DNA of 64,000 nt, from positions 704,001 to 768,000 of the forward strand of contig CAXXDV010000001.1 of assembly GCA_963674745.2 (NCBI GenBank), read 5' to 3'. Below, one piece after another: positions 40,550 to 49,853 of the stretch. Source of the stretch: Desulfosudaceae bacterium (GTDB lineage Bacteria > Desulfobacterota > Desulfobacteria > Desulfobacterales > Desulfosudaceae). A model generated the notes under the pieces. The model saw nothing but the letters and a program-made list of their open reading frames with translations. It was not told the origin of the DNA and made no database searches. The position numbers and the translations under genes are program-made. The stretch's first letter is position 1; every line of letters begins with the position of its first letter.

Positions 40550-40729
40550 AAAACATCTCCTTTTTTTATCGCCACTGATTGATACGAAGAATCCCGTGTT
40601 TACAATTACTAAATCATGGCTCAATGTTCAACAAATATCAAGCCGGCTGAACCGGCGGCTGTTTTAAAAAAATTATTGCCCATTCGGAAAACCCCCTATA
40701 TTTTTCGGGCAAAAACGCCCAGCATGAGG

Positions 40730-40758
40730 TTGACATTGATTTTATTAATTGATATCCT
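40730..40758 (+). promoter_or_regulatory. Candidate sigma70 promoter for the PilZ gene
   Basis: TTGACA-17 nt-TATCCT. Confidence 0.5.
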
Positions 40759-40830
40759 GATTAATCCGCAGATAGGGAACTGGTGGATGGCTTAGGCGCC
40801 TTTACGTCTTTTTCGTAATGGGTGGGGGTT

Positions 40831-41325
40831 ATGTCAGAAGAAGAAAATATACCCAGAGTATATATGACCGCGGCGAACAAGGCGGGCTTTACCTGTCCCA
40901 AGTGCAGTAAAGTCCGGGTCATGGATGTCTCCCAGTTCAAAAATGTCAACAAACCGGTCATCAAGGTTAAATGCAAGTGCCCCTGCGGCCATAAGTACAG
41001 CGTCCTTCTGGAAAGAAGGAGAGAGATCCGCAAGGAGGTCAACCTGCCCGGCAAATACAACACCATGGAACGGGAGTATGGGCTTAAAGGTTCTCTTGTC
41101 GTCCAAGACCTGTCCCGGTCCGGATTAAGGTTTCAGTTGAAAATGCCGCAGGAATTTAAGGTGGGCGAAACCCTTATGCTGGAATTCACCTTGAACGATC
41201 GTGAAAGTTCCCTGATCAAACGCAAAGTAATCGTCAGAAGCCAGCACGGGGCTTCCGTGGGCACCAGTTTTGAATCAAAAGAGCATTTTGACAAGCTGGG
41301 GCCGTACCTCCTTTATTCCCTCTAA
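40831..41325 (+). CDS. Zinc-ribbon plus PilZ domain protein
   Basis: CPKC..CKCPCG, then RxxxR (RREIR) and DxSxxG (DLSRSG). Confidence 0.85.
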   Translation: MSEEENIPRVYMTAANKAGFTCPKCSKVRVMDVSQFKNVNKPVIKVKCKCPCGHKYSVLLERRREIRKEVNLPGKYNTMEREYGLKGSLVVQDLSRSGLRFQLKMPQEFKVGETLMLEFTLNDRESSLIKRKVIVRSQHGASVGTSFESKEHFDKLGPYLLYSL

Positions 41326-42620
41326 CCCAGCCTGACGCGTATGGCGTTGGCATGCGCCCCCAGCCCCTCGGTTTCGGCCAGTTTGATGGCATCACCGGCT
41401 TCGGCCTTCAAGGCGGCCGCATCGTAATACACCACGCTGGTTCTTTTCAGAAAATGCGTGGTTGAAAGGGCCGAGGAAAACCGCGCGCACCCGCCCGTGG
41501 GCAGGGTATGATTCGGCCCGGCCACATAATCACCGATGGGTTCGGGTGTATTACGGCCCAGGAACACGGCCCCGGCATTTCGAATTTTTCCCAGCATGGC
41601 AAAAGGATCGGCCACCTGCAGTTCCAGGTGCTCGGGCGCGTAACGGTTGGCGATGTCGATAGCGGTATCAATGGTATCAACCACAAAAATCCCGCCGTAT
41701 CCGGCCAGGGATTGTTCGGCTGTCTTTCGCCGGCTTAATTCCGCCAGCTGGGCTTTTATTTCGCGGGCTGTCTGCCGGGCAATTTCCCTGTCCACAGTGA
41801 TGAGTACCGACGCGGCCAAAGGGTCGTGTTCGGCCTGGGACAGCAGATCCGCCGCCAGATAACGGGGTTCGGCGGTCTTATCGGCGACGATCAATATCTC
41901 GCTGGGACCGGCAATGATGTCGATGCCGACCAGGCCCGAAACAATGCGCTTGGCCAGGGTCACGTATTTATTGCCGGGGCCCGCGATCATATCGACCCTG
42001 GGAATGGTGTCCGTTCCGTAGGCCAGGGCTGCCACTGCCCAGGCGCTGCCGACTTTGTAGACTTCGTCTACACCGGCTTTGTCGGCAGCCACCAGCAGAT
42101 GCGGGTCGACCGACCCGTCTTTTTTCGGTGGCGTCACCATGATGATCCGGGGGACCCCGGCCTGTTTTGCCGGCGCCGCGCCCATCAGCACGGTCGACAC
42201 CAACGGTGTTTCCCCGCCCTTTGCGCCGGGAACATAGATGCCGGCTGAATCAACCGGTGTAATCTGCTGCCCCACCACCACACCCGGCCGGTCTGCGCTG
42301 AACCAGGACTTTTCCTGCTGCGCCTGGTGAAACGATTCGATCTGCCTGACAGCCCGGTTCAAGGCGCGCATGAAGGCTCTGTCCACCTTTTTCCCGGCGG
42401 CTTTGATCTCCTGCGGTGTCACCCGGAACTGCCCGGCCGTCAATTTGGGGGCGTCGAACTGCTGCGAGTATTTCTCCACCGCCTTATCACCGTTTTTGCG
42501 GACATCTCTGAGGATTGTCTCCACCCGCTGATAATCCTTTCTGCTGAAGTCCGCCCCCCTGTTCATGATCCGGCGCATTCTAGCCTGCGCCGTTTTCGTC
42601 TCGTAATCATATACTCTCAT
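41322..42620 (-). CDS. hisD: Histidinol dehydrogenase
   Basis: GIYVPG, GPGNKYV, AGPSE, DLLSQAEHD, APEHLE, GDYVAGPNHTLPT. Confidence 0.97.
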   Translation of the reverse strand: MRVYDYETKTAQARMRRIMNRGADFSRKDYQRVETILRDVRKNGDKAVEKYSQQFDAPKLTAGQFRVTPQEIKAAGKKVDRAFMRALNRAVRQIESFHQAQQEKSWFSADRPGVVVGQQITPVDSAGIYVPGAKGGETPLVSTVLMGAAPAKQAGVPRIIMVTPPKKDGSVDPHLLVAADKAGVDEVYKVGSAWAVAALAYGTDTIPRVDMIAGPGNKYVTLAKRIVSGLVGIDIIAGPSEILIVADKTAEPRYLAADLLSQAEHDPLAASVLITVDREIARQTAREIKAQLAELSRRKTAEQSLAGYGGIFVVDTIDTAIDIANRYAPEHLELQVADPFAMLGKIRNAGAVFLGRNTPEPIGDYVAGPNHTLPTGGCARFSSALSTTHFLKRTSVVYYDAAALKAEAGDAIKLAETEGLGAHANAIRVRLG

Positions 42621-42738
42621 GGATATCTCCTTATATTATCGCCAATTCATTTTCCTCATTGACATGCAGCAATAAATTTGTTTTATTACTTTTTTTTAAT
42701 AATATCAAACTACAAAAAGGCCAATAAGGGAGTTTTTC

Positions 42739-43824
42739 ATGTCAAAGAGAATTTATAACTTCAATGCGGGCCCGGCGGCCCTGCCACTTGCCGTCCTGGA
42801 GGAAATCCAGGCTTCTTTCCTTGATTTTCAGGGAACCGGCATGTCGATTACCGAAATAAGCCATCGTTCAAAACCGTTTGACGATATTGTCAATGACGCC
42901 ATTGCCAGAACGAAAAAACTGCTGGGCGTTGATGATAACTATGAAGTCCTGTTCATCCAGGGCGGTGCCAGCATGCAGTTTGCGATGATCCCCATGAACC
43001 TTCTGCCCGACGACAAATCCGCCGACTATGTCAACACCGGCACCTGGTCTACCAAGGCCATCAAGGAAGTTGAAATTCTGGGCAAGAAGTGTCGTGTTCC
43101 GGCCTCGTCGGAGGACAAGAACTTCTCTTATATTCCTAAAAATATTGAATTTGACAAAAATGCCGCTTATATCCACCTGACATCCAACAACACCATCAAA
43201 GGCACCCAGTGGGCTGAATTTCCCGACACACTGGGTGTGCCCATCGTTTGTGACATGTCATCCGATATCATGAGCCGTCCCCTTGACATGAACAAATTCG
43301 GCCTGATTTACGCCGGTGCCCAGAAAAACATAGGCCCGGCCGGGGTCTGCATGGTGGTTATCCGAAAAGATATGCTGGACGCGGCCGCCGACAACCTGCC
43401 GTCCATGCTCAAGTACAAAACCTATGCCGATAAAAAATCGCTTTATAACACGCCGCCCTGCTTTACCATTTACACCATCCAGCTGGTTTTAAAATGGCTT
43501 GACGAAACCATTGGTGGACTTGAAAAAATGGATGCCATCAACCGTGAAAAAGCGGCGCTGTTGTATGATCTGTTTGATGCCGGTGATTTTTACCGGGGCA
43601 CTGCGGAAAAAGACAGCCGCTCTTTGATGAACGTCACCTTCCGTCTGCCGTCAGAAGACCTGGAGAAAAAATTCGTGGCCGACGCGGCGGCAAACGACCT
43701 TGGCGGACTCAAGGGCCATCGTTCCGTGGGCGGCTGCAGGGCCTCCATCTACAACGCCACATCAATCGACGCCATCAACGCCCTGATCAGCTTTATGAAG
43801 GACTTTGAACAGAAAAACGGTTAA
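42739..43824 (+). CDS. serC: Phosphoserine aminotransferase
   Basis: NFNAGPAALP, EISHRS, YAGAQKNIGPAG, GHRSVGGCRASIYN. Confidence 0.97.
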   Translation: MSKRIYNFNAGPAALPLAVLEEIQASFLDFQGTGMSITEISHRSKPFDDIVNDAIARTKKLLGVDDNYEVLFIQGGASMQFAMIPMNLLPDDKSADYVNTGTWSTKAIKEVEILGKKCRVPASSEDKNFSYIPKNIEFDKNAAYIHLTSNNTIKGTQWAEFPDTLGVPIVCDMSSDIMSRPLDMNKFGLIYAGAQKNIGPAGVCMVVIRKDMLDAAADNLPSMLKYKTYADKKSLYNTPPCFTIYTIQLVLKWLDETIGGLEKMDAINREKAALLYDLFDAGDFYRGTAEKDSRSLMNVTFRLPSEDLEKKFVADAAANDLGGLKGHRSVGGCRASIYNATSIDAINALISFMKDFEQKNG

Positions 43825-43856
43825 TCCGGTCAACCCGACAAGCATGAGGCAACAGG

Positions 43857-44921
43857 ATGAACCTTAAAGCTGCGGTTCTAAAACAAGATCTGGCGCTGGA
43901 TATAGACGCTGTCAGCACCAGTATCGCGTCCACACAACGTGAAAACGGCGACATTCCCTGGTCCATCGGAGACAAGACCGATCCCTGGGACCTGGTGGAA
44001 GCCGCCATGGGACTTTCCATCGGCGGCCTTTTTGAACGGGCGGAAGCCGCTTTTCGCTGGTTGCAGGAAAAACAGCTTACCGATGGCAGCTTTCACGCCT
44101 CCTATCGGAACGATCAGCCGGATGACCGGACTTTTGACACCAACATGAGTTCATATATCGCGGTCGGCGTCTTTCACTATTACCTGATTACCAACAATGT
44201 CAGCTTTGTTGAATCCATGTGGCCGACGATCCGGGCGGGCATTGACTTTGCTTTGAGTCTTCAGACAAAACGCGGTGACGTGTACTGGGCCAAGAACCCG
44301 AAGGGAAAAGTCGACCCCATGGCCCTGCTGACCGGTTCCAGTTCCATTTACTTCAGCTTGAAATGCGGCCTGGCCATGGCGCATTTACTGAACAAGGACA
44401 TGCCGCACTGGCGATCATCCCTGACCCGCCTGGGTAACGCCATCAAAGAGCAGCCTCACCTTTTTAACGTGGCCAAGTCACGATTTTCCATGGACTGGTT
44501 TTACCCGGTCCTGTCGGGCGCCCTCACCGGCGTTCATGCGCAAAACCGCATTGACAAGCATTGGAAAAAATTTGTCGTCAAAGGGCTGGGGGTTAAATGC
44601 GTGGCTGACGAGCCCTGGGTCACCATCGCGGAATCCTGTGAACTTGTATTGGCCCTGGCCGCCATGGGTAATGAGGATACCGCCAAGGTGATATTTTCCT
44701 GGATTCAGGACAAATGTTTTGACGATGGTTCTTACTGGTGCGGGTTCACTTATCCGGATATGGTTGTCTGGCCGGAAGAAAAGATTACCTGGACCAACGG
44801 CGTGGTGCTTATGGCCACGGACGCATTGTACAACCTGACCCCGGCCAGTCGTATTTTCAATCATGACTTCTGGAAAACCGAGTATCCGTTTATTTTTGAA
44901 GCCAAGGCCAAAACTGAATAA
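43857..44921 (+). CDS. Prenyltransferase/squalene-cyclase-like (alpha/alpha) barrel protein
   Basis: Q..DG repeats (WLQEKQLTDGSF), DPWDLVEAAMGL, FSMDWFYPVL, EPWVTIAE. Confidence 0.75.
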   Translation: MNLKAAVLKQDLALDIDAVSTSIASTQRENGDIPWSIGDKTDPWDLVEAAMGLSIGGLFERAEAAFRWLQEKQLTDGSFHASYRNDQPDDRTFDTNMSSYIAVGVFHYYLITNNVSFVESMWPTIRAGIDFALSLQTKRGDVYWAKNPKGKVDPMALLTGSSSIYFSLKCGLAMAHLLNKDMPHWRSSLTRLGNAIKEQPHLFNVAKSRFSMDWFYPVLSGALTGVHAQNRIDKHWKKFVVKGLGVKCVADEPWVTIAESCELVLALAAMGNEDTAKVIFSWIQDKCFDDGSYWCGFTYPDMVVWPEEKITWTNGVVLMATDALYNLTPASRIFNHDFWKTEYPFIFEAKAKTE

Positions 44922-44931
44922 ATAAAACCTT

Positions 44932-45651
44932 TTGCGAAGAGATTTACGCCCATATTATTTAAAAGACCTCTATGTAAAACTTCAGAATTTTTACGTAAAT
45001 CATTTTTTGCGCCCTCAGTTTGAGACACTTGGCACAAACTTCACCTTTATGCAGCCCTGGTGTGTTGAGGTGTTCGGCCCCCTTGTCCATCTGGGCAACC
45101 ATGTTACCGTCATGGCGGCAACCGACAACAAGGTCAGATTTTCCGTATGGTCGGATAAAGAGGATGCGGAAGGCATATTTGTCGGTGATGCCGTTCTTAT
45201 CAGCCCGGGTGTCCGCATCAGCGCCTCCAAAAAGATTACTATCGGGGAAGGCAGCATGCTGGCTGCCGGTGCCTACCTGACCGATTCAGACTGGCATGAC
45301 ATCTACAACCGGGTCAATTTCGGCGGCTCGGCGCCGATCACGCTGGGTAAGAATGTATGGGTCTGTGACTACGCCATGATCGGCAAAGGGGTTTCCATCG
45401 GAGACAATAGCGTTATTGCTGCCCGATCGGTCGTGATTGACGACGTGCCGGCAAACGTCATTGTCGCCGGCAACCCGGCCAGAGTGGTAAAAGAACTGGA
45501 CCCGGAAAAAGACATTTACAACCGTGCGGACTGGTTCCGGGACCGCAAGGATTTATACACCGGTTTTGCCGCCATGGACCGGCAGATGATGCAGGGCAAT
45601 ACGTTGTGGGGGTGGATACGCCACCGTCTCGCCCCCCGCCGCGGCGAATAG
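44932..45651 (+). CDS. Left-handed beta-helix acyltransferase
   Basis: Hexapeptide repeats, TDSDWH, IVAGNPARVVK; TTG start. Confidence 0.88.
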   Translation: MRRDLRPYYLKDLYVKLQNFYVNHFLRPQFETLGTNFTFMQPWCVEVFGPLVHLGNHVTVMAATDNKVRFSVWSDKEDAEGIFVGDAVLISPGVRISASKKITIGEGSMLAAGAYLTDSDWHDIYNRVNFGGSAPITLGKNVWVCDYAMIGKGVSIGDNSVIAARSVVIDDVPANVIVAGNPARVVKELDPEKDIYNRADWFRDRKDLYTGFAAMDRQMMQGNTLWGWIRHRLAPRRGE

Positions 45652-45667
45652 CAGGGCTTTCAGATTT

Positions 45668-45726
45668 GTAGGGGCAGGCCCCTGTGCCTGCCCTGATCAA
45701 GGGCAACCACAGGGGGTTGCCCCTAC
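45668..45726. repeat. GTAG-type REP pair (cluster 6)
   Basis: gtaggggcaggcccctgtgcctgccc and gggcaaccacagggggttgcccctac. Confidence 0.88.
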
Positions 45727-45958
45727 AGGGATATGACCAACCGAAGGTGTTTCCCGTACCGTCGCCTCCTCCTTGCCGCCTTGAAATCATCTTTAATCTG
45801 AAATCCCTGCCCCAATAAAGTCCTCGTGTGGGCTTGACAAAATGGATTAACGACTTCACATCGCCACGGCAAATGTCCTCGAGGGGTGGCCCCGGCAACT
45901 TGTTGCCGGGGTGCGAAGCACAAGAGAATTATAATTGGCCTACTTAAATGATATGACC

Positions 45959-46484
45959 TCAAAATTTAATATATTTGCGCCATTTGTAGATTCCAGCGGA
46001 TCTCCACTGTCCAAGGGATATAAAATTTTGCTCACTTTCATCCGACATCCTCGATAATAGCATATAAGCTGTTTCTTCCTCATCAGCCCCCATTCCCAAA
46101 AACCAGATTTTAAATCTGAACAAATTCCCTTTTATATCAAACATTCTTATTTCTATTTCATTATGGTGATAATACCGCCCACCAGAAAAAGGCTGTAAAT
46201 CACGCATTGCATCTTTAAAAAGAACTTTACTCTTGTGCGAATTTATAAGCTCATTCAAAAAAAATCCCCCCCCCACTACCAACTTCTATTCGATTAATCT
46301 CTGCAACAGATATATTTGATAACCGTTCCAAAAGTTCAGATTTTTGATGGCCTCGTACAAGCTCTTTAATGAAAGGAGTTGATATGTGTATAAAAATTAT
46401 TATTAAAACAATAAAGTATATATACTTCCAAAATTTCTTTTGGGTTTTTTGTTCTGGCATATGACTCAAAGTCTGATCCATCAT
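45959..46484 (-). pseudogene. AT-rich membrane-anchored protein gene split at a G9-A-T8 tract
   Basis: ORFs 46251-46484 and 45959-46282 overlap across the homopolymers at 46257-46274; removing one base gives one 174-aa ORF. Confidence 0.65.
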
Positions 46485-46534
46485 TAATTAATGCCACGGA
46501 CGAGCTTCTGCTTTCACGTGGCACCCATTAAAGA

Positions 46535-46726
46535 TTATTTTTCCGAATTATTCTCACCATCTCGAGATGCCAGGGCAAAAACTAACATCATCAACATACC
46601 GACAAAGCCTGCCCAGAGCACCCACTTTTGATCATTCAATAAACCAAAACCAACCATTCCTTGAAAAAGGCAAAAAAGTATTATGTAGATCAATAGCTTT
46701 AAGGTCAACGCCCCCTCCCCACTCAT
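46535..46726 (-). CDS. Small two-TM hypothetical protein
   Basis: 63 aa, two hydrophobic segments, AT-rich. Confidence 0.55.
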   Translation of the reverse strand: MSGEGALTLKLLIYIILFCLFQGMVGFGLLNDQKWVLWAGFVGMLMMLVFALASRDGENNSEK

Positions 46727-46804
46727 ACACCCGAATTATCATAACCTGGTGGATTTGTAAAAAGAACCTGCCTGAACGACGATACAAATCGGTTGGTTTG
46801 ATTT

Positions 46805-47000
46805 GATCCCGGAGGGATCGGGTCGTATAGCCGGTGGTTTCAACCACCGGTGAGAATGGATATGATATTCTGAGTCCTGAAGGGACGACGTTAATCCCCG
46901 GGCAATATTTACAACGCCCCTTCAGGGCTTGGATAATAATGAAGGCCCTTGCCCCGGTGGTTGAAACCACCGGCTATACGACGTTTCCCTTTCAGGGCTT
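46805..47000. mobile_element. Non-autonomous palindromic element (REPIN/PATE-like) with 29-bp perfect inverted repeats
   Basis: gtcgtatagccggtggtttcaaccaccgg (46822-46850) and its exact reverse complement (46954-46982), plus small internal hairpins. Confidence 0.7.
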
Positions 47001-47039
47001 TTCTAATGATGCCCCGGCTCTGGGTTAGGGTAACAAGAA

Positions 47040-47312
47040 AAAGCCGCCCTTTTACACCCCGGCCCCGCCCGTTGCAGCGCAGCCGAGTGAAAACGGTTTT
47101 TTCGGAAGAAGCGGACAGGCTGTTTGAGCGGCGGCCTGCCGGTGCAGAACAAAAAAAGAGGCAATATGACAGTATCTGAAATAGGATGTCAAAAGTGATG
47201 CTGAAGCGAGTTCCTGTACGCGCCGAAAAAATCGTTTGCACGAGGGAAGCCGAAGGCCAAGCTGCCGGGCGATGTTTCTTTTGGTTCTTTTCTTTGCGCC
47301 AAAGAAAAGAAC
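47040..47312. repeat. Structured intergenic element with long-range pairing and a terminal hairpin
   Basis: aaacggttttttcgg can pair with ccgaaaaaatcgttt; acagg with cctgt; gttcttttctttg-cgc-caaagaaaagaac. Confidence 0.6.
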
Positions 47313-47363
47313 GCAATAACCTCAAAGAACAGAAGAATAAAAAACAAGAAACATAAAATAAAT

Positions 47364-47395
47364 AAAAAAGGCGCCGGGAAAATCCCGACGCCTTT
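47364..47395 (-). terminator. Intrinsic terminator of the dsr operon
   Basis: Minus strand aaaggcgtcggga-tt-ttcccggcgcctttttt. Confidence 0.85.
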
Positions 47396-47416
47396 GAAAT
47401 AATTGTTTTATGCTTT

Positions 47417-48583
<1,167 letters not shown>

Positions 48584-48601
48584 GACCACCTCATATGTAT
48601 A

Positions 48602-49465
48602 CTAAATAATGTAATAAACAGACGGTTCAGTACCCAGTCCCGGCTGCCGCCGAATGGCATAATTTTCGCGCAGCGCTTTTCTGACATTGGAATCCGGATC
48701 ATCCAGGTCACCGAACAGGATAGCGCCGTTGGATGCTTCCACACAGGCCGGCATCTTGCCCTTGGCCAGACGCTCCGCGCAGAAGTTGCATTTTTCCACA
48801 ACACCTTTCATGCGGGTCGGGAATTCCACATTGATTTCATCCAGTCCTTCACGGGGATCGCGGAAGTTAAAACTTCTGGAACCGTAAGGGCAGGCCGCCA
48901 TGCAGAACCGGCATCCGATACAGCGGTGAAAGTCCATCAGCACGATCCCGTCTTCCCGCTGGAACGTGGCCTTGGTCGGGCAGGCCTGGACACAGGGCGG
49001 GTTGGCGCAATGATTGCACAGGGTCAAAAAAGGAAGATGGGCCAGTCGTTCGGCCAGATAGGGGTTCTCCTTGGCCAGGAACACATTTTCATACTCTTCT
49101 TCCCAGATCCACTTGATCTCATGCCGTTTCTTATCGGAAGAAAAGATCTTGGGCACCGCCTTGTCGAGTATTTCAAAAGGGAGTTTCGGTGTCTTGAGAT
49201 CTTCTTCGAATTCAGGCACGTTATGGATTCGATGACAGGCTTCAATGATCGGCTCCAGGTCTGAAGCGCTCTTAAATTGCCTGGTATCAATGACCATGCC
49301 CCAGTGTTCGGCGGTCAAAGCTTCGGGATTCTTAACCGTTCTCGCACTCCCGCCGGATGCTTCATGACCTGCTGACGACGCCAGTGACGTTACGACGGGC
49401 ACGGTGGCAAGACCGGCGGTGGTGATGCCGGCCAGTTTGAGAAATTTTCTCCGGCTGTTATCCAT
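48602..49465 (-). CDS. dsrO: DsrO (Tat-exported Fe-S subunit)
   Basis: SRRKFLK Tat signal; CNHCANPPCVQACP, CIGCRFCMAACPY, KCNFC. Confidence 0.95.
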   Translation of the reverse strand: MDNSRRKFLKLAGITTAGLATVPVVTSLASSAGHEASGGSARTVKNPEALTAEHWGMVIDTRQFKSASDLEPIIEACHRIHNVPEFEEDLKTPKLPFEILDKAVPKIFSSDKKRHEIKWIWEEEYENVFLAKENPYLAERLAHLPFLTLCNHCANPPCVQACPTKATFQREDGIVLMDFHRCIGCRFCMAACPYGSRSFNFRDPREGLDEINVEFPTRMKGVVEKCNFCAERLAKGKMPACVEASNGAILFGDLDDPDSNVRKALRENYAIRRQPGLGTEPSVYYII

Positions 49466-49853
49466 CAATATTCTCCTTCGTGTTATGACAGTCCCAGCAA
49501 TAGGGCCTTACGGACGTATAATTATGACAGGCATCACAGAATTCGGACTTATTGGAATGACAATCAAGACAGGTGTTGGTCAGACTCATGTCATATTCCT
49601 CACCCTTGTTGTTGATATAAGTCCTCTTGGCATTCCGTACGACATCTTCCCGCCATTCGTCAAGAAGCTGCATATGCTCTTTTTTCATAAAATCTTTTGA
49701 CTCTACGCAGTGTTTCGCCTCTTTGGCTTTATCGCTCAGCTTCGGCTCGGGTGCTTTGTCGGAACTTCCGGCAAACAGATTCCACCAGAGCGGCGTCAAC
49801 GCGATTATGAGGACAACGACCAACCCGGTTATAATCAGCCCTTTATTCTTCAT
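49458..49853 (-). CDS. dsrJ: DsrJ trihaem cytochrome c
   Basis: CLDCH, CDACH, CWDCH; CV..M..HMQLL. Confidence 0.95.
   Translation of the reverse strand: MKNKGLIITGLVVVLIIALTPLWWNLFAGSSDKAPEPKLSDKAKEAKHCVESKDFMKKEHMQLLDEWREDVVRNAKRTYINNKGEEYDMSLTNTCLDCHSNKSEFCDACHNYTSVRPYCWDCHNTKENIDG

Noticed and set aside
45900..47040. Integron attC cassette array
   Set aside because: No convincing RYYYAAC...GTTRRRY sites bounding the genes and no IntI.
46909..47325. 138-aa ORF starting MRLLRSFLWRKEKNQK (and 46632-46970)
   Set aside because: Reads through non-coding repeat elements and has no protein-like features.
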